Of a stretch of DNA of 64,000 nucleotides, positions 51,427 to 61,344 are shown in pieces. Below the pieces are notes generated by a model. That model saw only the letters and a list, made by a program, of their open reading frames with translations, was not told where the DNA came from and ran no database searches. The position numbers and the translations under genes were made by a program. Numbering within the stretch: the stretch's first letter is position 1; each line of letters opens with the position of its first letter. The stretch comes from an uncultured Pseudobdellovibrionaceae bacterium (GTDB lineage: Bacteria; Bdellovibrionota; Bdellovibrionia; Bdellovibrionales; JAGQZY01), in contig CAZOGU010000001.1 in the NCBI GenBank assembly GCA_964579625.1, forward strand, positions 8,572-72,571, in the 5' to 3' direction.

Positions 51427-52635
51427 ATGTTGCTTGGGCCTCGTGTTCCTCTCATTCTCGCTCTCACTCTCTGCTGCTCCTGTTCTGACTATGGCAAACA
51501 AGAAACAGAGGTCAAAGCTCGTCAGTCAACGCCAGAGGTGCAACTCGCTAACTTTGGCCTTTCTTTGGCGCAGAAAAATGCGAGTGATTTTTCTCAGGCT
51601 GCAAATCAATTAACGATTTCTCTGCAAAATCTTTGTTCTCATGTCGAAGTGCCAGGGGCCTTGGTATCTGTGACATATGCTTATGAAAAGTTGGTGGAAA
51701 AATTTTATCTGCTCCAAGGATTTGCCATTGGGTTACAAAAAGCTGATACCGACCAGTCTCCGCTCAATGCCATTCACTATCGCACCCTCAATCGATGTCT
51801 TGTTGATACGCTCGTTGTAGAAACAAAAAACAAACAACCTCTTTCCCCTACGCATCCCTCGGTTTTGGGACTCTATGCAATCGAGTATTTGCTTTTCGAA
51901 AAAACATTGGTGTCCCATTGCAACATCAAAGCCTACCCGCAGATGGAAATCTGGAATCAAATTCCCGATACAGAAAAAAAACGCGATCGCTGCCTGCACG
52001 CTCAAACTCTCGCAAAACAGATCAACCATTTCGCACAAAAAATAAAAAACGATTGGGATCCACAGTCCGCCAGCTACGAACAGAATTTAAATACCTTGGA
52101 ATATACAAAATCAGAAACTTTAGCTTTAAAAAATATGGTACAGGCACTCTCGGCTCTTGAAAAAGTGAAAGACTATGATTTGGGCAAGCCTTTGGGGCTC
52201 AACAGTCTTTGCACCAACGAATCTGGGAAGTGTCCTGAGGATGTGCAACACCCCTATTCGCAATTGAGCCTCGTAGCTGTTATCTCTTCACTTAAAGCCT
52301 TTCAGAATTTTTTTAACGGAACGGATCCTGAAGATTTTTCTGTGAGCGCTTATTTACGGGCCAAGAAACAATACGATTTGGATCTTAGAATCAATACCCT
52401 CATTTCACAAGCGCTTGCAACTTCCATCAAACTTAATCAAGTCAGCACACTCTCCCAACTTGTGGAAAATATGAATCCAATATCTTGTAAAAAAACAACT
52501 CTTTCTGAACCGAATGAGCCCGTTTGTTTCTTGTTTAAGCAGGTGGAACACATTACAGACGTTTACAAGTCCGATCTGCTCACGTTTCTTTCTCTAGAGA
52601 TCGACCAATCGATTCCTCAAGGTGACAATGATTAA
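51427..52635 (+). CDS. imelysin-like (peptidase M75 / EfeO-IrpA-like) lipoprotein
   Basis: Lipobox-like LTLCCSC. The motif ...LGLYAIEYLLFE resembles the imelysin G-x-H-x-x-E-Y-L-L-W motif, with Tyr in place of His. Confidence 0.5.
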   Translation: MLLGPRVPLILALTLCCSCSDYGKQETEVKARQSTPEVQLANFGLSLAQKNASDFSQAANQLTISLQNLCSHVEVPGALVSVTYAYEKLVEKFYLLQGFAIGLQKADTDQSPLNAIHYRTLNRCLVDTLVVETKNKQPLSPTHPSVLGLYAIEYLLFEKTLVSHCNIKAYPQMEIWNQIPDTEKKRDRCLHAQTLAKQINHFAQKIKNDWDPQSASYEQNLNTLEYTKSETLALKNMVQALSALEKVKDYDLGKPLGLNSLCTNESGKCPEDVQHPYSQLSLVAVISSLKAFQNFFNGTDPEDFSVSAYLRAKKQYDLDLRINTLISQALATSIKLNQVSTLSQLVENMNPISCKKTTLSEPNEPVCFLFKQVEHITDVYKSDLLTFLSLEIDQSIPQGDND

Positions 52636-54796
52636 TATTGGACTTCTTCTCTTGAATTTATTTTTAAGCCCCACTTGGGCGGAGGACGCAGACGGAGCTG
52701 AAACCGTGGAACTCGATCGTATTTTTGTATCTGGCAATATGCAGGAAAAGTTACAAAATTTTACGGCCCCGGATGAAGTGAGCAAAAAAGATCTAGAAAA
52801 AAAGAAACAAACTGATGTCATGCGAATTTTAAAATCCGTTTCTGGAACTTATGTTCGTGAAGAGGACGGGCAAGGGTTACGCCCCAACATCGGACTTCGT
52901 GGTACGCATCCTGATCGCAGTAAAAAAGTTGTTCTGATGGAAGATGAAGTGCTTATCAGTCCGGCGCCCTACTCGGCTCCAGCGGCCTATTTTACGCCCT
53001 CCATGCTGACCACTGAGAGCTTACAAGTGTACAAGGGTTTTGCGTCCGTTCCTTGGGGACCGAACTCGATTGGTGGCAGCCTCAATTATATCACCAAACA
53101 AATACCCAAAAACGGTTATCAAAAAATAGATGCCTCTTATGGCAGCTTTAACACTCGATTATTTAGCGCCGAAGCTGGCGACTCCGTTTTGGATAAGTAT
53201 GGCTTTCTTCTTTTGGCTTCGCGCATGGAAACGGATGGCTTTAAAGTTCTTCCTCGAGATCAGAACACGGGATTTATAAAAAACGATATTCTCTTAAAAG
53301 CTTCGTGGAATATTTCTGCCAAACAGTATCTAAAAACCAAAATCGGTTTTTCAACCGAAGACTCCAATGAAACTTATGTTGGGATTACATCGACTGATTT
53401 TTCTGAGGACGCTTATCAAAGATATGCTGCTTCGGAGCTAGATGATATGATGTGGACTCACCAGCGCTTTCAAATTGAGCACGGTTTACAAATAGGCGAA
53501 TCCAGCTTTTTAAAAACATTGGCCTATCACAATCGTTTTGAAAGAACCTGGTTTCGCGTTGATGGTTTTGCCAATAAAGATATATCTATTCGCGATGTTC
53601 TCAATAATCCGACAAGTACAAACTCTTATTATTATCAAATTCTCAAAGGGCAGCGCAACTCTTCGACTCTTGCAGGAAAGGATGGCAACGTTCTTCTCGC
53701 GAACAATGAACGTCATTTTCTTTCGAGTGGCCTGCAGACAAATCTCACCGTGAATAGCGATTTAGGCTCTGCTAAAAATGAACTGATTTGGGGCGCACGT
53801 CTTCACAACGATTCCATCGAACGCAACCACACCCGGCAAGAATCGGAAATGATCAATGGGTCGATGAACCTGACGGGGAATATCTCGCAAGGGACTCTTG
53901 ATAAAAACGAAGCCTTGGCGGCTAGCACATTTATCGAAAACAATCTGACCATGGGCGATTGGAAGTGGACCCTTGTTGGTCGTTACGAAGATATTCGTTT
54001 TCGCAATCTCAATCGCACAAACAACCAAGAAAATCGCACGCGTGACCAATTTTTTGTTCCAGGCACCGGGCTTTCTTACAAATTGAATCAGGTCCTTGCC
54101 GCGAGAGGCAGCATAAATCGCGCTCTCAATGTGGCCGGCCTTGGAACTTTTGGTCGTAATGAGAGAGAAAGCGCCGTGAATTACGAAGTGGGTTTGCGCT
54201 ACGGAGGAACCCACTTCAACACCGACGCCACTTTGTTTTTTAATGATTACGATAACATCACTGGAAGCTGTACCGCTTCGACAGGTTGCTTGGCCGATGC
54301 CGATACACAATTTAACGGCGGTGCGGCCCGTGTTTACGGGCTTGAACTCTCGGCAAGCACACTTCAGCACTATCGCGGCTTTCAATTCCCCATGCAAACG
54401 TCTCTCACTTTGATGAGCGCCGAGTTTGCAAATACCTTTCGGTCCGAAAGCCCCGAGTGGGGTGACGGTGTCATTACCTCAGGCTCACGTCTTCCGTATA
54501 TTCCTCGAGTTCAGTACAATGTGAGTGTGGGTGTAGATTATAAAAAATGGCAAAACAATCTCAACTTTTCCTACCAAGGCGATGTGGTGGATCAAAGTCT
54601 TTCCACGAATCAAGTCCGCATCGGTGGGTTTGGGGTTGTGGATTTGGTGAGTCGTTTTAATTATTCGAAGACAGGCTCGTTGTATCTGAAAGCAGACAAT
54701 CTATTCGCTGTGGAATACATTGTTGCCGCCCGCCCATTTGGGATGCGTCCCGGAAAACCGCAGGCCTTTGGCGTAGGTCTTACGCAGACTTTTTAA
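52628..54796 (+). CDS. TonB-dependent receptor
   Basis: Signal peptide, a plug domain (...DVMRILKSVSGTYVRE...GLRPNIGLRG...), a long beta-barrel, and C-terminus ...GVGLTQTF. Confidence 0.85.
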   Translation: MINIGLLLLNLFLSPTWAEDADGAETVELDRIFVSGNMQEKLQNFTAPDEVSKKDLEKKKQTDVMRILKSVSGTYVREEDGQGLRPNIGLRGTHPDRSKKVVLMEDEVLISPAPYSAPAAYFTPSMLTTESLQVYKGFASVPWGPNSIGGSLNYITKQIPKNGYQKIDASYGSFNTRLFSAEAGDSVLDKYGFLLLASRMETDGFKVLPRDQNTGFIKNDILLKASWNISAKQYLKTKIGFSTEDSNETYVGITSTDFSEDAYQRYAASELDDMMWTHQRFQIEHGLQIGESSFLKTLAYHNRFERTWFRVDGFANKDISIRDVLNNPTSTNSYYYQILKGQRNSSTLAGKDGNVLLANNERHFLSSGLQTNLTVNSDLGSAKNELIWGARLHNDSIERNHTRQESEMINGSMNLTGNISQGTLDKNEALAASTFIENNLTMGDWKWTLVGRYEDIRFRNLNRTNNQENRTRDQFFVPGTGLSYKLNQVLAARGSINRALNVAGLGTFGRNERESAVNYEVGLRYGGTHFNTDATLFFNDYDNITGSCTASTGCLADADTQFNGGAARVYGLELSASTLQHYRGFQFPMQTSLTLMSAEFANTFRSESPEWGDGVITSGSRLPYIPRVQYNVSVGVDYKKWQNNLNFSYQGDVVDQSLSTNQVRIGGFGVVDLVSRFNYSKTGSLYLKADNLFAVEYIVAARPFGMRPGKPQAFGVGLTQTF

Positions 54797-54850
54797 ACAG
54801 TCAGAACCCGAAACCTAGACAAGGTTCAAATTTTCATCCATCATCATAGG

Positions 54851-56194
54851 ATGCACTCGTCCGCTCTTAAACAAATGACTCATTTGTTCATCTTGCAGAT
54901 TCTGTTAGTGGCTTCTTATGTTTTTCATCAAACAGAGTCTTGGGATATTCGCCCGCTGGCCCTCTTTTCCGTGGTTGCTCTTTTTACCCTTGTAAGGCTC
55001 CCAAAAACTCAACTTCAGTTTGCCTTTATTTCTATCGTTGCACTTTTTTTGTATGCTGAAAAATTTCCCAATCTTGCCAATCACTCCAATCTGTCTTTTT
55101 TTATTTTTCTGTTAACAATTCCGCTCACCCTCGGGCAATTTCGCCCCTTGAGTGGTGAGCACTACAACCAATTTTTGAAAACAGTTCGATGGCTTGCTTT
55201 TATCACTTATTTTTTTGCTGCTTTTCACAAATTCAATAGTGATTTTTTTAACCCAGAGGTCAGCTGTGCCAATGACAAGATGGGTGAATACTTAGCGCTT
55301 CTTCCCAATTCCCTGAGTTTTCTTAAGACCACGCTTCAACAACTGATGCCCGCTCTTGGCTTTTTAACAGAGGCTGTGATCCCTTTGTGCTTGGTTGTTC
55401 CGCGCTTAAGACGATTTGGATTTCTATTTGTTTGTGGGCTCCACTTTTTGCTCGCGCCTTTGGGATTTATCGATTTTTCGAGCCTAGCTATGGTTTTGGC
55501 ATGGAGTTTTGTTGTGCCAGAAAAAATCAACACCGAATTGGCTCTAAGGCATGTGCAGTGGTTGACCTATGCTGTTTTGGCGTTGGTTTGCGGCTTGGGA
55601 CTCTTTCGCTGGGAAGATCAAACCGAAGATTTCGCAGCCTTTGAAGGCATTGCCTTTGCTGTGATTTACACACCCTTTATCTACACCCACATGTGGCCGA
55701 ACATCTATCGAGGTCGACTGGAACTGCCAAAGTGGTCATTTGGTCTCGCATTTCTTTTCTTTATGTTTGCCTATGGTTTTTCTAATTACTTAGGACTTCG
55801 GACGGCGGGAACTTTCTCGATGTTTAGCAATTTAAAAACCGAAGGTACCGTCTCCAATCACTACTTGCTCTCCTCAAATCCATTTAAGATTTTTTCGTTT
55901 CAAGAAAACGTCGTTGAAGTGATCGCGGTGGATGAACGCATTGAGGGCTTTTATCGAAAGATGCCAAAAGTCGGCCAGCTCATTCCACGTGTGGAGTTCT
56001 CGCGCATTCTCGATCGCTTGCGCGAGGAAAATCGACTACGTGCTCATCTGGAAGTAATTTACCAGGGTGTCACTTACAAAACAGAAAAAGCGGGCTATGA
56101 TCCCACCTTTGATTTCCAAGTCCCCGCCTGGCAAAAAAAACTATTTAAATTCCGCGCCATCCCAAAAGAAGGTCCTCAGCACTGCGCATGGTAA
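54851..56194 (+). CDS. polytopic integral membrane protein of unknown function (possibly HTTM-like)
   Basis: About 9-10 hydrophobic segments followed by a soluble C-terminal region of about 100 aa. The family assignment is uncertain. Confidence 0.4.
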   Translation: MHSSALKQMTHLFILQILLVASYVFHQTESWDIRPLALFSVVALFTLVRLPKTQLQFAFISIVALFLYAEKFPNLANHSNLSFFIFLLTIPLTLGQFRPLSGEHYNQFLKTVRWLAFITYFFAAFHKFNSDFFNPEVSCANDKMGEYLALLPNSLSFLKTTLQQLMPALGFLTEAVIPLCLVVPRLRRFGFLFVCGLHFLLAPLGFIDFSSLAMVLAWSFVVPEKINTELALRHVQWLTYAVLALVCGLGLFRWEDQTEDFAAFEGIAFAVIYTPFIYTHMWPNIYRGRLELPKWSFGLAFLFFMFAYGFSNYLGLRTAGTFSMFSNLKTEGTVSNHYLLSSNPFKIFSFQENVVEVIAVDERIEGFYRKMPKVGQLIPRVEFSRILDRLREENRLRAHLEVIYQGVTYKTEKAGYDPTFDFQVPAWQKKLFKFRAIPKEGPQHCAW

Positions 56195-56201
56195 AATGAT
56201 T

Positions 56202-56225
56202 AACGAATTGGAGAATTAATTCGTT
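56202..56225 (+). terminator. hairpin AACGAATT-N8-AATTCGTT after the membrane protein gene
   Basis: 8-bp stem starting 8 nt after the stop codon. The T-run appears only about 15 nt later. Confidence 0.3.
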
Positions 56226-56357
56226 GTCCATTCGCAAAAGTCTTTTTTATATCACTGTTTGGATTGTGAGTTAAAAAAACAACTGAATAAATGAGGACGT
56301 TGTAATATTTCTTTAGTGAAATCATCTCTTTTTGATCAGTTTTAACTCAGGAAATCC

Positions 56358-57410
56358 CTAAAGGTTGAGTCTTTTCAACAGAACCATATCTGCCAGTACA
56401 GTCCATGTCATTGCTTCAACAACGGGTACAGCACGAGGGACGATGCATGGGTCATGGCGTCCCTTTTTTGCGACGTCGAGGATCGACGACGTGGGCTTGA
56501 AGGCTGTTCGAAATGAAAGGGGCTCTCCAGTTGTAATTCCTCCGCGTTGGCCGCCGTAGAGGGAGTTTTTTTGCGAATGATGAACTTTTGTTCCTGGCTG
56601 TTTTGTCATATCGAAGCCGCCGCCGATTTCAAATCCGCAGGTGGCGCCGATACTCATCATGGCAGAGGCGAGCGCATTTTTAAATTTGTAAAAGATCGGC
56701 TCACCCAATCCACTTGGTAACCCATCTGCCCAAACTTCGACGACACCACCGTAACTTTCGCCTTGTTGTTTGGCTTTGAGTAGAACATCCGCGATATCAA
56801 AGCGGGCTGTGGGAAATCGAGTGCTCCACTCATCGACAGTTTGCAAACCGTTCGTCCACTTTGATTGAAGCACTGTGCGCTCGTCTTCATTCAATTGCAT
56901 TTCGCCAATAGAATCTACGAATCCTAAAACTTTTAGCTCCGGATGATTTTTTTGAACAAAACTTTTAGCCACGGCGCCTGCAATCACGCGGCAGAGAGTT
57001 TCGCGTCCACTGGATCGTCCACCGCCTCGTGGATCGGAAATACCAAATTTTTGTTTCCACACATCATCGGCATGGCCGGCTCGCGGTTGCTCTGCAATCT
57101 TTTGATAATCTTGCGAGCGTTGATCTTTATTTTTAACCACACACGCGATGGGTGTTCCTAAAGTAAGGCCCTCATAAACACCAGAGAGAATTTCGACACG
57201 ATCTTCTTCCGCCCTCGAGGAGACAAGAATTTGTTGCGACGTTTGATCTTTTTGACCAGGGCGGCGACGATTCAACTCAGCCTGAATGATCGCTTCGGAA
57301 AGCGGAACTCCTGCGGGACAGCCATCAATCACAACGCCGAGGCCTTCACCATGGCTTTCACCAAACGTCGTCCACCGAAAGAGATGACCAAAACTATTCA
57401 CTCCACTCAT
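56358..57410 (-). CDS. aroC: chorismate synthase
   Basis: ...FGESHG...GVVIDGCPAG... and ...GRHDPCIVPRAVPV.... Confidence 0.95.
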   Translation of the reverse strand: MSGVNSFGHLFRWTTFGESHGEGLGVVIDGCPAGVPLSEAIIQAELNRRRPGQKDQTSQQILVSSRAEEDRVEILSGVYEGLTLGTPIACVVKNKDQRSQDYQKIAEQPRAGHADDVWKQKFGISDPRGGGRSSGRETLCRVIAGAVAKSFVQKNHPELKVLGFVDSIGEMQLNEDERTVLQSKWTNGLQTVDEWSTRFPTARFDIADVLLKAKQQGESYGGVVEVWADGLPSGLGEPIFYKFKNALASAMMSIGATCGFEIGGGFDMTKQPGTKVHHSQKNSLYGGQRGGITTGEPLSFRTAFKPTSSILDVAKKGRHDPCIVPRAVPVVEAMTWTVLADMVLLKRLNL

Positions 57411-59145
57411 ACTTGCTCCATAGGTTTTGCTGTTCTCTCGCTTGGGTCACGAACATTGTTTCTCCCGAAATATATTTTGCACCTTTTTGAAAAGCATACA
57501 GCTTTGCTGGCGAATCCGCGCGATAGTTTAAATCCATTACGAGACGAGGCTTCCAAGTCTCGGGAAGCATTTCTACACTTTGCCAACCTGCCGACCAAAT
57601 TAAAACATCAATCTGCGGTTTTTCAACACTGCCCTCGCGCGGTTTTCCGCTGCGCGCAGAGTAGTAAGACGCTCCTTGCAATGCGAGCGAAGGTAAAATG
57701 CCACCACCGCCCCACACAACCACGTTTTGAGTCCCTAAATCCACTTCTGCTTGCTTTGTCATTTCGGCAAAACCTTGCGCGTCAGTGGAAAATCCCTGCC
57801 ACCCTCCACGAGAGTCGCGCACCAAGGTGTTGAGAGGACGAGCCGCACCGACATATTCTGCCGCCCAGCTCTTGAGAGGACTCGTTACGGCCGCCGCGAC
57901 AAGCCCACACTTTTGTAGAAAATCAAAACCGCCATCGCGAAGGTCTTCTTCTTCGATTTCGACGGGGTAAAGACTCATTCCTTTTTGCGCAAAAAAATCA
58001 GCATGAAATGCGGGCGACCAGCTTTGCAAGACAGGGTTTCCTAAAACAGCTGAAAAATATTTTGCATGCACGGGCTGAAACCATTGTGCTAAAGTCGGTT
58101 GATCGAGCGCAGAGCCAAGCCCATCGCGCCAAAAATTAAGTTTCATTTTATCTTTGAGCCAATGACGGTACCAAACCCACCGACCATTCTCCGAACGCGG
58201 GAGAAAAAATCGAGTTTGAGGAGAACGCATCATCCATTCATGCCCTAAACGCAGCTGTAAAAAGCTTTTCACCATGGGCGCCCACTTGATCGGGCGCTCT
58301 ACCCCTTCAACCGTTTCGAAGGCATCATAAAAGTTTTCTTCCTCACTGTGAAAGGACAAAAGGAGTTTATTCATGTCGATCTGGAAAGGAATTTCACCAA
58401 AATCCAGTGGCCAATCCACACGAGCCACCGATTGAACAAAACGGGATGTCGATTCTACCTTTTCAAAATCACGAAAGCTCAAAAGCAGATTTTTCGCAGG
58501 AATTTGAGTGATGGCACTTTGAATTTGATCTTGGGTTAAAAGATCATCTCGAAGTTCTAAAAAATCGGGAGAAAATGCGACCAGCGCCTCAAGACGTTGT
58601 CTTTGATAATGCTCTGGCAATACGGTCACAACTCCGCCCGCTCGTTCCTTTGAAAAATACGCACGTTCGCCGGGATGCGTGTCATACACACCCTCCGGGA
58701 GAACCAGCTCCTCACCGCCCAGAGAGTGAAAACGTTGTTCGCGAGCTTCAAAAAGTGGCATTGGAATTTTTAAATCCGAGGACGTTGGATTTAAAGTCGG
58801 ACGATCAAAAAAAATATTTTTCGACACATCCCAATCTCTTTTCACCCAGAGCCGGCGTACATCTTCGGGTAGGGCTCCTTCAAAACCACCACCCACGGCA
58901 ATAAACACAGGGCACGATTCTCCGCGAGAGCGAGTCATAAGTTGGGAGAACACCTGTTTCTCGCTTTCGCGAAAGAAGGGCTCCCCTTTTTGACGGAAAA
59001 GTTCTGGAATCGGACCCATTTTTTTTTCGATTTCTTCATCAAGACAAAAACAAAGAGCTGTAGGAATGTATTTTTTAAGTCGGCGAAGCAATGAGCTTTT
59101 GCCAACTCCACGATGACCATAGAGAACTGTGATCTTTGGATTCAT
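57394..59145 (-). CDS. trifunctional fusion: shikimate kinase + type I 3-dehydroquinate dehydratase-like + shikimate dehydrogenase (AroK-AroD-AroE)
   Basis: The N-terminus has GHRGVGKSSL...DEEIE...GEPFFRE...VGGG (shikimate kinase). The middle has ...FLELRDD...LLSFHSEE...IKWAPMV..., a type I dehydroquinase pattern with His and Lys. The C-terminus has ...VLGNPVLQSWSPAFH...AAVTSPLK...NTLV...GFSTDAQG...VWGGGG (AroE). ATG 59145 overlaps the aroA TGA, and GGAGGG lies 7 nt upstream. Confidence 0.75.
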   Translation of the reverse strand: MNPKITVLYGHRGVGKSSLLRRLKKYIPTALCFCLDEEIEKKMGPIPELFRQKGEPFFRESEKQVFSQLMTRSRGESCPVFIAVGGGFEGALPEDVRRLWVKRDWDVSKNIFFDRPTLNPTSSDLKIPMPLFEAREQRFHSLGGEELVLPEGVYDTHPGERAYFSKERAGGVVTVLPEHYQRQRLEALVAFSPDFLELRDDLLTQDQIQSAITQIPAKNLLLSFRDFEKVESTSRFVQSVARVDWPLDFGEIPFQIDMNKLLLSFHSEEENFYDAFETVEGVERPIKWAPMVKSFLQLRLGHEWMMRSPQTRFFLPRSENGRWVWYRHWLKDKMKLNFWRDGLGSALDQPTLAQWFQPVHAKYFSAVLGNPVLQSWSPAFHADFFAQKGMSLYPVEIEEEDLRDGGFDFLQKCGLVAAAVTSPLKSWAAEYVGAARPLNTLVRDSRGGWQGFSTDAQGFAEMTKQAEVDLGTQNVVVWGGGGILPSLALQGASYYSARSGKPREGSVEKPQIDVLIWSAGWQSVEMLPETWKPRLVMDLNYRADSPAKLYAFQKGAKYISGETMFVTQAREQQNLWSKYEWSE

Positions 59146-60308
59146 CACAGCCCTCCTGTCGCTTGCCAAAACTGAGGAAAACTTTTGTCAACAACCATTG
59201 GGTGAAGAATATTGAGTCGTGCTCCATAAAGATTCGCTACACGAGCCGCCATGGCCATTCGATGATCTTGATCTGGATTAAAATCTCCATTGGACTCAAA
59301 CGGCGATTCGTCTCCGTGTATCACCAACTGGTCTGTCATTAATTCTGTTTTTCGCCCAAGACGTTTTAAAAGTTGAATGGTGTTTGTCAGGCGATCTGAT
59401 TCTTTGTGGGAAAGATGATCGAGTCCCGTCAAAAATGATTTTCCCTGCGCCCGCGCGCAAAGAGTCGCCAACACAGGAAATAGATCCGGCGTGTTTCTGA
59501 GATTGTAAGTCAGAGGATTTAGATGCTCCGTCTTTTCAATCAACAAATCCTGCTCATCACGAGAATAACGGACTCCCATCCGTTTGAACAAAGTTAAAAA
59601 CGCGATGTCGGGCTGTTGAGAGTCAAACGGAAAATTGAGAATGCGAGCTTGGCCGTTTTGAACAGCACAACTGGCGAGTGCAAAACAGGAACTCACATCC
59701 GCTTCCACAGTGTAGTTGAGCTGTCGCGGTTTTTGTTGAGCGCGAATCAACCAACTTTTTTCGTCAGCAATGATGTCCATACCAAACCGTCGCACGAGAT
59801 CTAAAGTCATTGCTAAATAAGCTTCCGAAACCTGACGACCGGTAAACTCCATGGTTAGATCGTTTGGTAAATTCCAGGCATTGAGTAAAATGGACGAAGC
59901 AAATTGACTAGAGACACTGGTGTTCACTCTGATTTCAGAACGAGGCTTCCAACCTGTGGACTGTAAAATCCATCGCCGATCTTGCACATCCACGCTCACG
60001 TCCCATTGATCCAGCAAAGCGATGAGCTCCTCTTGCGGGCGCGATAAAAGCCTTTCCGAGCCAGAAACGATCCACGTTCCAGGTTCGCGCGAAAGACGTA
60101 AAATTAAAAACCGAAAAGCTGTGCCCGCGTCGCCACAATGGAATTCTTTGTGACCATTAAAAAAATCGGTAAAGGCTTTTTGCAAAACCAGAATGTCTTT
60201 GGATTGGCTGCTAAAATCCAACTGAATCTGCGATTCGTAAGACTGAATGATCAGTGCGCGGTTGACTAAGGATTTTGAGGATTCAATGGTTCCCGAAAAC
60301 TCAAACAT
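59145..60308 (-). CDS. aroA: 3-phosphoshikimate 1-carboxyvinyltransferase (EPSP synthase)
   Basis: ...GTIESSKSLVNRALI... and EPSPS-like length. The start is ambiguous: ATG 60308 gives an 8-nt overlap with aroB, while ATG 60350 gives a more typical N-terminal length. Confidence 0.85.
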   Translation of the reverse strand: MFEFSGTIESSKSLVNRALIIQSYESQIQLDFSSQSKDILVLQKAFTDFFNGHKEFHCGDAGTAFRFLILRLSREPGTWIVSGSERLLSRPQEELIALLDQWDVSVDVQDRRWILQSTGWKPRSEIRVNTSVSSQFASSILLNAWNLPNDLTMEFTGRQVSEAYLAMTLDLVRRFGMDIIADEKSWLIRAQQKPRQLNYTVEADVSSCFALASCAVQNGQARILNFPFDSQQPDIAFLTLFKRMGVRYSRDEQDLLIEKTEHLNPLTYNLRNTPDLFPVLATLCARAQGKSFLTGLDHLSHKESDRLTNTIQLLKRLGRKTELMTDQLVIHGDESPFESNGDFNPDQDHRMAMAARVANLYGARLNILHPMVVDKSFPQFWQATGGL

Positions 60309-61344
60309 CCTGTGCCCAACCTTGTCTTTGGGCTTCAAAGACCAAGTCATGAATCGAAACCGGAATGACTTTGGCCGTTCCGATTTCTGTGAGAAAAACA
60401 AAATCTATCTGCGCTTGCGCGTTCATTTTTTTATCTTGTGCCACGAGCTTTGTAACCTGTGTCACAGGCATAGGCTGAAACGCGCTTTTATCCAGCCAGC
60501 AGCTCAGTCCTAGCTCGGTAAAATGCTTAAAAATGAGTTCACGTTGTGCTTCTGACAAAAGACCAATCTTTGCACTCCATTCGATGGCAAAGTAGAGTCC
60601 CTGTAAAACACTCTCGCCATGAGAGACTTGATAATACGACTCGATCACATGTCCCAGCGTATGTCCGAGATTTAAAATTTTTCTAACACCTTTGGTTTCA
60701 TAAGGATCTTGCATCACGATTTGATTTTTGGCCTGAATGGCTTTTTCGAGGTGACGCCAAATCAATTCCCCTAAAGAAACTTCGCTATGCAATGTGAGCT
60801 CCTGAAAGAACGACGGCTGATGAATCAAAGAGATTTTGATCATTTCGCTTAAACCTTCACGCGCCCGTTCTTGATTTTGCATAAATAGAAGGTCTTTGAC
60901 CAAGATGATATGCTCGGCTGGATAAAATGTTCCCACCTGGTTTTTAACTGACTTCACGTTGAGCGCGGTCTTCCCGCCATGGGCCGAATCAATAGCCGAT
61001 AGCCATGTTGTTGGACATTGAACCAAACGTAAACCGCGTTTTAAGATCGAAGCCAAAAATCCGCTAAAGTCTCCTACAGAGCCACCACCACACGATACAA
61101 TTCGACTCTGCCGACTGAGTGGTTGATCCCAAAGCTCCACCACATTTTCGACGTGCACGGCAAAGGTTGATAAACTTTTAAGCGACTCACCCGCTTGCAC
61201 TCGATACACGTAACGAAAGTTTTTACTGAGACCGGGCATTTGCTGGTCCACAAGCTCATCGATGATCAGAAGATCTTTTTCTAAATCAAAAGAAGGCAAT
61301 GGAAAGTGTTCAGAGAAGGAAATTTGGCTCGCAAAATTATTCAT
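60301..61344 (-). CDS. aroB: 3-dehydroquinate synthase
   Basis: ...[11 protein letters not shown]..., ...[17 protein letters not shown]..., and ...[12 protein letters not shown].... ATG 61344 overlaps the ung TGA. Confidence 0.9.
   Translation of the reverse strand: MNNFASQISFSEHFPLPSFDLEKDLLIIDELVDQQMPGLSKNFRYVYRVQAGESLKSLSTFAVHVENVVELWDQPLSRQSRIVSCGGGSVGDFSGFLASILKRGLRLVQCPTTWLSAIDSAHGGKTALNVKSVKNQVGTFYPAEHIILVKDLLFMQNQERAREGLSEMIKISLIHQPSFFQELTLHSEVSLGELIWRHLEKAIQAKNQIVMQDPYETKGVRKILNLGHTLGHVIESYYQVSHGESVLQGLYFAIEWSAKIGLLSEAQRELIFKHFTELGLSCWLDKSAFQPMPVTQVTKLVAQDKKMNAQAQIDFVFLTEIGTAKVIPVSIHDLVFEAQRQGWAQDV

Noticed and set aside
53762-54397. 211-aa minus-strand ORF inside the TonB-dependent receptor gene.
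   Set aside because: It is an antisense shadow ORF within a gene that has clear plug, barrel and C-terminal Phe features.
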